Shown piece by piece: positions 36,540 through 45,523 of a DNA stretch of 64,000 nucleotides; position 1 is the stretch's first letter; each line of letters begins with the position of its first letter. Source of the stretch: Lentisphaeria bacterium (GTDB lineage: Bacteria > Verrucomicrobiota > Lentisphaeria > Victivallales > UBA1829); contig JAFVTF010000001.1 in assembly GCA_017503375.1 (NCBI GenBank), forward strand, positions 13,322 through 77,321, in the 5' to 3' direction. The translations under genes were made by a program, and so were the position numbers. Under the pieces are notes generated by a model that did no database searches, had not been told where the DNA came from, and worked only from the letters and a program-made list of their open reading frames with translations.

Positions 36540-37631
36540 TTATTTTATGGTTGAAAGTATGCGTGCAATGACCGGGGCAGTCCGGCGGGAGATATGATAA
36601 AATCCGAGGTCTGTTGCATGAACTCCGTCTACGGTACATTCCGAAGGATCAGGACCATAGAGTGTGCTGCCGTCGAGGAAATGAATGTTTTGATCACCCA
36701 TTTTGCGGCGGCGTTCCAGTTCATTGATATGAATTGAGGTAAAATCCCGGCGGATCGGAACAAATTCCAGATCTCCTGCGATTTCTGCAGCATAGAGCAG
36801 ACGGGAAATCAGAAGGATTGGTGTTTCCGGGTGCGTTTCCCGCAAAATATCAATAAATCCCGGCAAATTTTGCCGAAGCCGTCCGACACCTGCATTTGCA
36901 TCGAAGTCCAAAACAAACATGGCGGGATCTTTGACTTTTGCCATGATATGCGCCATTTCCGGTTCCCCGTTGGCACTGCCGGAAAAACCGAGATTCACAA
37001 ACGGTCTGTTCAGCAAACGGCTCATGATATTCGTATGGCACATTCCCGGACGGCTGGCGCATCCGCCCTGCTGAATACTTGTCCCGTAAACAACGATCGG
37101 ACGGGGATCGATCCATGGTTCCGGTTCAGCAATGACAGAGCCGCATGTCAGACCGATTTCAAATTCTTCCGGATGAGCATACAGCGGAAAGTGAATCGTA
37201 AATTCCCGCATTTTTTTCTCCATTCCCGGACCGAATATGATGGAGGTATATTCATTTTCCTGGCAGTTGAACCGTGCGGTTTTATGGTAAAATTTAGCGG
37301 TTCCGCTGCCTGTATAAAGGTCAACGCCCATGTAAGCGGTACATGGCATGTGATCCCATCGGTCCACTTTTTCATAACGGACATGAACTCTGATTTCTGC
37401 GGCATCAGACTTGAAGCGGAGCATGCAGCCAGCAGTATGCCATGAGAGATAATCCACAGCTTCGGTTACATGAGCATCCAAAGGAATCCGGCGGAAGGGC
37501 TCTCCTGCCTTGCGCCAGTGAAGCCCGTCAAGATGAAAGCCCGGAGTATCCGCAGAATACCAGTCCATCCCATCTCGGGTGATGCTTTTGTGATCCATAT
37601 CTTTATCGTATTTTCTGACACCTTCAGACAT
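36540..37631 (-). CDS. SGNH/GDSL-family hydrolase (esterase)
   Basis: IVVYGTSIQQGGCASRPG (block I Ser) and VNLGFSGSANGE, with an N-terminal beta-sandwich extension. No signal peptide seen. Confidence 0.7.
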   Translation of the reverse strand: MSEGVRKYDKDMDHKSITRDGMDWYSADTPGFHLDGLHWRKAGEPFRRIPLDAHVTEAVDYLSWHTAGCMLRFKSDAAEIRVHVRYEKVDRWDHMPCTAYMGVDLYTGSGTAKFYHKTARFNCQENEYTSIIFGPGMEKKMREFTIHFPLYAHPEEFEIGLTCGSVIAEPEPWIDPRPIVVYGTSIQQGGCASRPGMCHTNIMSRLLNRPFVNLGFSGSANGEPEMAHIMAKVKDPAMFVLDFDANAGVGRLRQNLPGFIDILRETHPETPILLISRLLYAAEIAGDLEFVPIRRDFTSIHINELERRRKMGDQNIHFLDGSTLYGPDPSECTVDGVHATDLGFYHISRRTAPVIARILSTIK

Positions 37632-37654
37632 TTTTTTTCTCCGGTGAAAACTGT

Positions 37655-38368
37655 TTATTCCACGACGAGGTTTCCGCCCGAATTGTACGCAACATAATGA
37701 TACAAGCCATCGCCTGTGAACATTTTTGCGGAGCCATCAGCGAAAGCGGCATTTGTTCCCCCGTTATGAACGAAACCGATTTTTTCCTCACTGCGGAGCA
37801 AGGCACTTTTGTAACTGAACTCAAAATTTGTTTTATCTGTACGGGCACTCTGTTCACCGAAATAGAATGTACTTGATGCCTGTTTGATTTTGCCGACTTT
37901 ACGGAGATAGTTTCCTGTCACGCTGTCAAACATGAGATAACTGTTGACCAGATAATTTGTATAGAAATCACTTACCTGCCATCCGGTTTGTCCGGTTAAT
38001 TGTTTCTTCAGATTACTTTTGCAATAATAGAAATCAACATTTACCCAGCGGGTTCCATGACTGCTGACCGATGCAAATCCCCGATAAGGCTGAAGCAGCT
38101 GATGCCACATGTAAAACGGCTGGGAAGTATTTCCTTTCGTACTCAAACGCATGGGAAGAAAATAATCGTTGTTGTCAGTGGAGTACATGGAAGCGTAGTG
38201 GGAAATCTGCTTCAGGGTATTGAGGCAGTTTGTTCCCTGCGCTTTTGCTCTTGCGTTGTTCAGCGCAGGAAGCAGCATTCCTGCGAGAATCGCGATAATT
38301 GCAATTACAACAAGCAATTCGATCAGTGTAAACCGGTACAAAGTTGAAACATTCTCTCTCTTCATCAT
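37655..38368 (-). CDS. prepilin-type N-terminal domain protein with H-X9-DG motif
   Basis: [43 protein letters not shown] and C-terminal [12 protein letters not shown]. The leader contains AACTGAAAGGA. Confidence 0.88.
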   Translation of the reverse strand: MMKRENVSTLYRFTLIELLVVIAIIAILAGMLLPALNNARAKAQGTNCLNTLKQISHYASMYSTDNNDYFLPMRLSTKGNTSQPFYMWHQLLQPYRGFASVSSHGTRWVNVDFYYCKSNLKKQLTGQTGWQVSDFYTNYLVNSYLMFDSVTGNYLRKVGKIKQASSTFYFGEQSARTDKTNFEFSYKSALLRSEEKIGFVHNGGTNAAFADGSAKMFTGDGLYHYVAYNSGGNLVVE

Positions 38369-38385
38369 AGGATCCTTTCAGTTAT

Positions 38386-39126
38386 TCAGATATTAAATTT
38401 TCTCAAAAATTTCAAACTTTCCACGGCATCGGCAAAACGGTCCGCCGAGTGATCCTGTTCATAAATCAGCCACTGGCAAGGCGTTTCTTTTGCCGCTTCG
38501 ATACATCCGGGGAGATCGACACAGCCTTTTCCCAACGCCGTCATCGTTTCCCGTTCTTCCGGAATCCGCAAATCTTTCAGGTGTACCTGCTTGATCCGGT
38601 GGGCATATTGTTTGATGTAAGCGACAGGATCGACACCTGCACGGGTCAACCAGCAGACGTCCGGTTCGATGAGTACCTGTGCCGGGTCTGTTTCTTTCAA
38701 GATCCGGGTCATGACATATTCTCCTCCTTCCAACCGGGTAAATTCCTGCCAGTGATTATGGTAAGAAAACGGGATCCCGTGATCAGCAGCATTTTTTCCG
38801 GCTGTACGGCACATATCAAGAAGAGTCTGCCACGATTCCGGAAGATTGTCCGTATAGCTGAATGTTACGGCAGGAGATTTCAGTGTTTCCGCCATTTTCC
38901 ATGCCGGAGCATCCGGTTCGCAAAGAACATTTTTCGGGAACATGGTTCCGGCACACGCTAAATTCAATTCTTTCAGAAGAGCCGCAAGTTCCTCCGGCTC
39001 CAGTTCTCCGTAATTGACAGCAAATTCCACGCCGTCAAAGCCGATTTTTGCAATTTCCCTGAGTGTGCCCCTGAAGTCCTGTTTAAGCTCCTCTCTGAAA
39101 TTGTAAAGCTGAAGTCCGAGTTTCAT
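38386..39126 (-). CDS. sugar phosphate isomerase/epimerase (xylose-isomerase-like TIM barrel)
   Basis: 246 aa: MKLGLQLYNFRE..., IAKIGFDGVEF and HNHWQEF pattern. Confidence 0.75.
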   Translation of the reverse strand: MKLGLQLYNFREELKQDFRGTLREIAKIGFDGVEFAVNYGELEPEELAALLKELNLACAGTMFPKNVLCEPDAPAWKMAETLKSPAVTFSYTDNLPESWQTLLDMCRTAGKNAADHGIPFSYHNHWQEFTRLEGGEYVMTRILKETDPAQVLIEPDVCWLTRAGVDPVAYIKQYAHRIKQVHLKDLRIPEERETMTALGKGCVDLPGCIEAAKETPCQWLIYEQDHSADRFADAVESLKFLRKFNI

Positions 39127-40710
39127 TTACCAATCCTTTCCAAATAAATTGTCTGCATTACGATAAAGAATATTCCGGATATCCTCTTCAGAAATGTCTG
39201 CGGAAAGAACACCTCCCAATGCCTGATATTCATCAAACCACGGAAGATCTGTTCCATAGAGAATATGCGAACTTCCCACCCGGCGAACCAGATCTTTTAT
39301 GATCCCCCGTTCTCCCGGAATCGCAGTAAGTTCCAGATACACATTTCCGTTGCCTTCCCTGAAACAGCGTTCCGTACCATCCCAATCTCCGAAAATACTG
39401 TGACCTAAAAGAAATTTGATCTTCGGATAACGTTTGATCAGCTCCAGCATCACTTCACTGCCGTCGCAGGAAGAGCCGCCCCAGGTGTGGAAGAGAACAG
39501 GCAATTCGCGTCGGGAGGCAAATTCCAAAGCCTCTTTATAAGAGGGATCTGTCGCTTTTACTTTATGATAATCAGCAAGGATCTTGAGACCGACAGCATA
39601 GGGCGCCCAGGAGTCAAACTCAGCCAGATCTTTGCGGACCTGTTCCGGATAGTTTGGATTGATACCGACATACATCCGCAGAATATCAGGATATCTTCTG
39701 CATATCTCCGCCGCAATTCTGTTCCCGCCAACATCAAAAAGAGCATCATTGTGAGAAAAACATAACCGTCTTACTCCCGGACGACGGGCATGTCTGACCA
39801 TGTCTTCCGCTTCACCTCTGGCATGATACATTGCATAATGCCGTCCCATGTGCGCATGAACATCGCAAACCGGGAAATCTGCTCTGCCATTCTTCCAAAC
39901 GCTTCCGGCAATGGTGTTTTCCTGTTCCCAAATGGATTTTTTCTGTTGGAAAGAAAGTTTCTCTCTTCCGCCAAGCAGCCGTTCCAGGTTCTTTCCGGCT
40001 ATCAGAGAAATCTCTTCATCGGAAAGACCCGAATGTTTCAGCTGAAGCATGGCAGCTCCATGATCATAACGGGGGAAACCGCTTGCATAAAGCAGCCGTT
40101 CCGCACCATATGTTTTTGCAAGATCGGCAATACCTTCCGGAACCCAATAGCCGGAAAGCTCCACATGAACTCCGGGATAATTTTCCAAAAGCGGTCTCAA
40201 ATAACGGTCATTACACCATTTATCTCCGCCATGAACAACACAGCAGAGTTCCGGAAATTCTTTCAGAAATGCATAAAGCTCATTCCATTTTCCTGCAAAA
40301 CTGTTCAGAAAAACCGGAATATTCCGTTTGATCGCTTCATCAAGATACTTTCCCAGTGTCAAACGGCATGGAACATAACGGTGATTGAACGGATCAATGG
40401 TAAGCGCATGAACATTGTTTCTCCGCATTGCCTCAAAAAATTCTCCCGGCTCCGGAAGTTCGCCGCACTGGGCTGGAAGAAGACACCAGACGCACTCCAA
40501 CCGTTGTTCCGGATCTTCCTCTTTCAATATTTCCACCAGCCTTCTGTTGGCTTTTTCTGCCCCCAGCATCCCGACAGCATTATGCTGGATCAATGCCCGG
40601 TCCACACCGAACCGGTCCATATCTGCAAGAAGTTCAGAAACATCCGGAAATTTCCGGTCAACTCTGTTTCCTACTAAACTGACTGCATCGAAAAACATCA
40701 GTTCTTTCAT
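39127..40710 (-). CDS. tandem amidohydrolase-2-like (metal-dependent TIM-barrel hydrolase) protein
   Basis: 527 aa in two homologous halves. The second half keeps CDVHAHMG...FHTWGG...LLGHS...YGTDLPW. The first half has FFDAVS at the HxH position. Confidence 0.7.
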   Translation of the reverse strand: MKELMFFDAVSLVGNRVDRKFPDVSELLADMDRFGVDRALIQHNAVGMLGAEKANRRLVEILKEEDPEQRLECVWCLLPAQCGELPEPGEFFEAMRRNNVHALTIDPFNHRYVPCRLTLGKYLDEAIKRNIPVFLNSFAGKWNELYAFLKEFPELCCVVHGGDKWCNDRYLRPLLENYPGVHVELSGYWVPEGIADLAKTYGAERLLYASGFPRYDHGAAMLQLKHSGLSDEEISLIAGKNLERLLGGREKLSFQQKKSIWEQENTIAGSVWKNGRADFPVCDVHAHMGRHYAMYHARGEAEDMVRHARRPGVRRLCFSHNDALFDVGGNRIAAEICRRYPDILRMYVGINPNYPEQVRKDLAEFDSWAPYAVGLKILADYHKVKATDPSYKEALEFASRRELPVLFHTWGGSSCDGSEVMLELIKRYPKIKFLLGHSIFGDWDGTERCFREGNGNVYLELTAIPGERGIIKDLVRRVGSSHILYGTDLPWFDEYQALGGVLSADISEEDIRNILYRNADNLFGKDW

Positions 40711-40724
40711 AAAGATTTCCTCTT

Positions 40725-41933
40725 TTATTTGGAATAAGCAGCCATTACTTTTTCAAATGCCTGACAGTAAAGCTCCGTTTCTTCTTCAGAAAGCATCAGC
40801 CAGTTGAGATTGCTTGCCATCAGTCTGTCAGGAACGATCCGTTCCGCATTTTCACAACTTGCGATCCGGAACATATTTTCAGGCACACTCCAAAGTTTCT
40901 GACGATACATCACACCTGTCCAGCCGCTTCCTGCACTGGCTCCTTCCGCCCACAGAGCTTCCTGAACCTTTTTCTTGTCGATTCCCGGACGCAGGGATGC
41001 CGGATCAAGCATAATACAGAAGTTATAGTAACTTTGAAGCGTTGCTTTCTTTCCGGGAGCCTGAACTTGAAGCCCTGGAATTGCATTGAGACGCTTCCGG
41101 ATGAATTCCGCATTCTTTGCCCGCAATTCCGTATCTGCTTTGAGATGCTTCAACTGGGAAAGCAGGATCGCTGCCTGAAATTCCGTAACACGGTAGTTCC
41201 GGCAAATCAAGCCGACCGGCGGCGGTGTTCCCGCCTGACCCTGTTTCGCCGCATATTGATAGCCGATGTGAGAAAGACGCCCCAGCGTTTCGCTGAGTTC
41301 TTCGCTGCCGGTGATACATGCGCCGCCTTCTCCGGATGCCATAGTTTTACTCTGCTGAAAACTGAAACTCCCGATATCCCCGATCGTCCCAACATGCTTA
41401 CCGTCCCAGATACCGCCGTGGGCATGAGCACAATCTTCAATGACTGCAATTCCATGTTTACGGGCAATGGGAATGATTCTGTCCATATCTGCCATGGAAC
41501 CAAACAGATGAACCGGGATCACCGCTTTGGTTTTCGGTGTGATCGCCTCCTCAAAACGTTCCGGATCCATACAAAGAGTGTCGCTTTCGATATCTACCAC
41601 GACCGGAGTTGCTCCGCGGTAAACAACGGCTTCGCCTGTCGCAAGCCAGGTATGAGCCGGAACGATCACTTCATCTCCGGGACCGACGCCCAATGCAAGC
41701 AATGCCATTTCAAGAGTAACAGTTCCGTTTGCCATCATAGTACAGCCGGCAGCACCGGTGTACTCCGCAAAAAGCTTGTTGAATTCCACTTCGTTCGGAC
41801 CGTAAAATGACCATTTCCGTCCCAGATAAATCTCTTTGAGCGTTTCTGCAGTTTCAGGATCGACCGGCGGCCACGGCGGAAGTGCTGCGGGCTTTTCAAA
41901 TACTGGTTTTCCCCCATCAATTGCAAGTTTCAT
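40725..41933 (-). CDS. DegT/DnrJ/EryC1/StrS-family PLP aminotransferase (paralog 2)
   Basis: MKLAIDGGKPVF..., NGTVTLEMAL, IEDCAHAHG and SFSFQQSK. Roughly half the residues are identical to the 23329-24546 product by eye. SD AGGAGG. Confidence 0.88.
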   Translation of the reverse strand: MKLAIDGGKPVFEKPAALPPWPPVDPETAETLKEIYLGRKWSFYGPNEVEFNKLFAEYTGAAGCTMMANGTVTLEMALLALGVGPGDEVIVPAHTWLATGEAVVYRGATPVVVDIESDTLCMDPERFEEAITPKTKAVIPVHLFGSMADMDRIIPIARKHGIAVIEDCAHAHGGIWDGKHVGTIGDIGSFSFQQSKTMASGEGGACITGSEELSETLGRLSHIGYQYAAKQGQAGTPPPVGLICRNYRVTEFQAAILLSQLKHLKADTELRAKNAEFIRKRLNAIPGLQVQAPGKKATLQSYYNFCIMLDPASLRPGIDKKKVQEALWAEGASAGSGWTGVMYRQKLWSVPENMFRIASCENAERIVPDRLMASNLNWLMLSEEETELYCQAFEKVMAAYSK

Positions 41934-42006
41934 TTCATTCCTCCTGACAAATTAAAGCTGAAAAAAGTGATAATAAAAAGTCTGCATTTTTATTGCATGC
42001 GATATT

Positions 42007-42035
42007 ATTATACTACATTTTAATTGATTATACAA
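42007..42035 (-). promoter_or_regulatory. sigma70-type promoter of the degT-amidohydrolase-isomerase-pseudopilin operon
   Basis: The minus strand reads TTGTAT (42035-42030), 17 nt, then TATAAT (42012-42007). The same architecture and flanks recur at 51819-51847. Confidence 0.55.
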
Positions 42036-42224
42036 TACATAAATCTTTTGAAAAATACATCAATATTGATAAATATATAAAAACCACCCAAAAAATTATC
42101 TTTACTAAAAAACGACAGAAAATATGCCGGAATTCTTTTCCTCCTGTCATACTTTCAACTTGTAAAATGTAAGAGCCGTGATATAGTAAAACACAGATAA
42201 ATTATTTTAACCGGACGGTGATAA

Positions 42225-43046
42225 ATGATAGATAGAGATAATGTTATCAGTATTCTCAGGCATGGTGTAACAAAAATTTACACGCGTTTTTCACAGCCTG
42301 CCAATCAGGAACTGTGCAAAAAATATCATCACAGCTCCCATCCTTCCCGCGAATTTCTCTTTGTAATATCCGGCGAAAGCTTTTATATGTGCAACAACAG
42401 CGTTTATCATTGCTCTCCCGGGACTTTGTTTCTGATCGATTCCGGAATGGTTCACGGGCATCGTTATACGCTGGAAGACAATAATTTACTGCATATCTGG
42501 GGCTTTTTTCATGAAAGACAGGTTCATCTGACTGCAATGGAAGTAACGGTCAACGGTCAGGCTAATGCCGTTCGCGGAATGTCCCGAATCATGATCCCGG
42601 AAGGACTGCAAACCCAGTTCGAGGAACGCTGGAATTTGCTCTCTCAATTGAAACATGCAACAGATCAGGATGTGGAACGGTATATCAAGATACCCGTAAA
42701 CGCCGTATTGGACGAAATGGCATTCCGGCTGGCGGAACAAATGGAGAATACTGCAGAACACACAAAAATGGGCGATCTGCAGACATACATCCGGGCTAGG
42801 AACGGACGGGAGTGCTCTCTCGCCCGGCTGGCTGAAATATCAGGTTATACACGGGGATATCTCGCTCATAAATTTCATGATGAAGTCGGCATCACCATCG
42901 GAACATTCATTGACAAAGTCCGTTTGGAATATACCCGTCTGGCACAAAAAAGGGGAATCAGGCAAAAAGAGATCGCCTATGAACTCGGCTTTTCCTCTCC
43001 GGCGGCATTCTGGAATTGGCTGCATAAACACAGCAATCAAAAGTAA
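42225..43046 (+). CDS. AraC-family transcriptional regulator
   Basis: Cupin-like N-terminus and C-terminal HTH pair (LAEISGYTRGYLAHKFHDEVGITIGTFI..IAYELGFSSPAAFWNW). Divergent from the degT paralog 2 operon. Confidence 0.85.
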   Translation: MIDRDNVISILRHGVTKIYTRFSQPANQELCKKYHHSSHPSREFLFVISGESFYMCNNSVYHCSPGTLFLIDSGMVHGHRYTLEDNNLLHIWGFFHERQVHLTAMEVTVNGQANAVRGMSRIMIPEGLQTQFEERWNLLSQLKHATDQDVERYIKIPVNAVLDEMAFRLAEQMENTAEHTKMGDLQTYIRARNGRECSLARLAEISGYTRGYLAHKFHDEVGITIGTFIDKVRLEYTRLAQKRGIRQKEIAYELGFSSPAAFWNWLHKHSNQK

Positions 43047-43121
43047 GTTCTTTTCTCAATGAAAAGAGTACGGCAAAGAGTGCCGTACCCGTAAACTGTT
43101 TTTCTGAAAGATTGATTATTT

Positions 43122-43305
43122 GAGGTAATTTCAAAAGTCCGGCAAAATTTGGCTGAAAAAAGATTGTTGATGAGTTGGAAATGGTAGTTTGAGCGTGGCT
43201 TTCCATCCTCCTTCGTTAAAACTCCGGAGGACAAGCCGAAAACGCTCCATTTGCAGATCGCAACAAGAATTTTCTGCCATTTTTGAAGACTTTTGAAATT
43301 GCCTC
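43122..43305. mobile_element. MITE-like repeat, family 1, copy 1 (184 bp)
   Basis: 18-bp terminal inverted repeats GAGGTAATTTCAAAAGTC / GACTTTTGAAATTGCCTC (1 mismatch). Near-identical copy at 50837-51071. Internal hairpin TCCTCC..GGAGGA. Confidence 0.7.
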
Positions 43306-43403
43306 GTATTACAAAAATCTCCCGGACACTCTGTTCAATACAGATCATAAAATTCAGCATAACTTGTCGCTCCTGAGCCGCAAAAGTTTTCGCCGGAAAA
43401 AAC

Positions 43404-43431
43404 TTGACTTTTAAAGATCAGGATGTATATT
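43404..43431 (+). promoter_or_regulatory. sigma70-type promoter of the lipoprotein esterase gene
   Basis: TTGACT - 16 nt - TATATT. The GGATGTATATTA block is shared with the promoter at 45443. Confidence 0.6.
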
Positions 43432-43438
43432 AACTTTA

Positions 43439-43458
43439 AGTGATACAAAGTGATACAA
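43439..43458 (+). promoter_or_regulatory. direct-repeat operator (AGTGATACAA x2)
   Basis: Two perfect 10-bp tandem units immediately downstream of the -10. Same motif at 45480-45499. Confidence 0.55.
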
Positions 43459-43485
43459 ACGCATTTTTTTTCAGGAGACTGCACA

Positions 43486-45426
43486 ATGAAACAACTTTTA
43501 GCTGTATTTTCTTGCGCTCTGCTGTTGACCGGCTGTAACGCACCACGCGATTTTTCTATGAAAGATCACCGTATATTCGGAGAGGCTGTACAAAATTATT
43601 ACCAACCGATTTTTGAGGAAAATCTTTGCCGGTATGAAAACAAAATCAATGAAGCAAAAAACAGATCTGATGCACTTCGCCTGATCAGAGAGGCACAGGA
43701 AAGGGTCAGAAAAACATGGAATTTTCCGGCAGAAAAATGTCCGCTTTCAGCTCAGGTGCTGAAAACAGCGTATTATCCGGAGTTCACTGTTGAAAACGTC
43801 ATCTTTAAAAGCCGGGAAAACTTTACTGTTACCGCAAATTTTTATCTTCCCCGCAAACGGGCTGGAAAAGTTCCGGCAGTCCTGTTTGTCCAGGGTCACG
43901 CCAATTCAGGGAAACGCAACGGAACCTATGCAACTGTTTGCGAGAACCTTGCCCGCAGGGGAATCGCGGTTCTTTCAATTGATCCCATCCAGCAGGGCGA
44001 ACGCGATCAATTTCTTCAAACTTTCCGGGGAGACTGTACGTACGGACACAACCGATTGAACCGCCAGCTGCTGGCGATCGGGGAAACCATGTCCGACTGG
44101 AGAACATACGATGGGATCCGCGCCGTTGACTACCTTCTTACCCGTCCGGAAGTGGATGCTTCACGCATTGCCATCAACGGTCAATCCGGCGGAGGAACCA
44201 TGACCGCTCTGATATTTGCAAATGACAAACGGATTATGGCAGCGGCACCCAGCTGCTATATCACAACGTTCTGTTCCAATGTGCAGAACGAACTTGCTGT
44301 TGACGGGGAACAGATCCCGGCAGGGTTCCTTGCTGACGGCGGAGAAATGGCAGATCTGCTTCTTGCCCGTGCGCCCCAGCCTTGCCGGATCCTGGCTCAA
44401 AAAGGAGATTTCTTCGATGTCCGAGGTGCCAGAAAAACCTATGCAATGCTGAAAAAAATCTATACCCTACTGGGGAAAGAAGAAAATATTTCCATGGTAG
44501 AATTTCCGGGAAAACACTCTTATTCTCCGATGAGCCGTTTGGCTGCTTATGAATTTTTCACCTCTGTTTTCGGTTTGAAAAACTTGCCTGAAGAACATCC
44601 GCTTTCCATTGCGCCGCTGTCCTTGAACTGTCTCGGCGAAAAGGGTGTGGCTTCCTTGGAAAACGAAAAGACAGTGTCTCAGATCGCAGCGGAAAAAGCA
44701 AAAAAATTGCGTTTGGAACGCAGAAAAAAACCGCTTTCCAAAGCCCGGATGAAACAGGAGATCGCTTCTCTGCTCAAAGTAGAACCGGTCAAAGGCGTCC
44801 CTGCATACCGCACTTTGCGTATGACTGAAATTGATGGAAAACTCTTCCAGCGCATTGGTATCATGCCGGAGAAATCCATTACAGCGACATTGTTCTGCAT
44901 GGAGCCGAACTATGATTTTGAAATCCGCTGTAATAAAAATGTCACTTTGATGCTGCCGCATATTTCTGCCCGGGAAGAACTTGTACAATACTTTACTCCT
45001 GAAAATATCCGTTCCCTCTTTGCTTTTGATCCCCGTGGGATGGGGGAATCAGAACCCACAACAGTCGAACGGCTGCGCCGTCTTTACTGGGATTACGGTT
45101 CAGATTATCACTACGCTTCTCTGGGGCTGCTGCTGGATCGACCCTATATCGGACGCCGGGTTTATGATATTCTCTGCGCCATTGAACTGCTTTCTGCACA
45201 TGGTGCTGAAAAGATCACGTTGAAAGCCTTCGGTCACAGTCGTTATCTGGCTGTTTATGCAGCACTTCTTTCTGACAAAAAAATCACGCTTGAGCTGGTT
45301 GACGGCTTGCCTGTCACTTACGAAAGAGCCATTTCAGATATGAAAGCACCGATACCTCAGTCAATGGTTCCCTGCGGTATTCTCAAAATTGCGGATATTG
45401 ACGAACTTTACCGCCTGATCCAATAA
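43486..45426 (+). CDS. alpha/beta-hydrolase lipoprotein (acetyl-esterase-like)
   Basis: Start moved to Met13 (SD AGGAG). MKQLLAVFSCALLLTGC lipobox, VPAVLFVQGH, and nucleophile elbow GQSGGG. Confidence 0.75.
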   Translation: MKQLLAVFSCALLLTGCNAPRDFSMKDHRIFGEAVQNYYQPIFEENLCRYENKINEAKNRSDALRLIREAQERVRKTWNFPAEKCPLSAQVLKTAYYPEFTVENVIFKSRENFTVTANFYLPRKRAGKVPAVLFVQGHANSGKRNGTYATVCENLARRGIAVLSIDPIQQGERDQFLQTFRGDCTYGHNRLNRQLLAIGETMSDWRTYDGIRAVDYLLTRPEVDASRIAINGQSGGGTMTALIFANDKRIMAAAPSCYITTFCSNVQNELAVDGEQIPAGFLADGGEMADLLLARAPQPCRILAQKGDFFDVRGARKTYAMLKKIYTLLGKEENISMVEFPGKHSYSPMSRLAAYEFFTSVFGLKNLPEEHPLSIAPLSLNCLGEKGVASLENEKTVSQIAAEKAKKLRLERRKKPLSKARMKQEIASLLKVEPVKGVPAYRTLRMTEIDGKLFQRIGIMPEKSITATLFCMEPNYDFEIRCNKNVTLMLPHISAREELVQYFTPENIRSLFAFDPRGMGESEPTTVERLRRLYWDYGSDYHYASLGLLLDRPYIGRRVYDILCAIELLSAHGAEKITLKAFGHSRYLAVYAALLSDKKITLELVDGLPVTYERAISDMKAPIPQSMVPCGILKIADIDELYRLIQ

Positions 45427-45442
45427 ATTTGACGGAACATCC

Positions 45443-45471
45443 TTGACATAAAGAAGAAGTGGATGTATATT
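45443..45471 (+). promoter_or_regulatory. sigma70-type promoter of the GntR/LacI-hybrid regulator gene
   Basis: TTGACA - 17 nt - TATATT. Confidence 0.6.
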
Positions 45472-45479
45472 ATGCATAA

Positions 45480-45499
45480 AGTGATACAGAGTGATACCA
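45480..45499 (+). promoter_or_regulatory. direct-repeat operator (AGTGATACAG AGTGATACCA)
   Basis: Two 10-bp tandem units just downstream of the -10. Paralogous to 43439-43458. Confidence 0.55.
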
Positions 45500-45523
45500 A
45501 TTCAATCAAAAAGGAAAAACGGC

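Noticed and set aside
42958-43360. 82- and 107-aa minus-strand ORFs, and the similar ORFs at 50756-51000
   Set aside because: They lie inside the family-1 MITE-like repeat. Their repeated peptide (..LINNLFSAKFCRTFEITS..) only reflects the DNA repeat, and no start signals are present.
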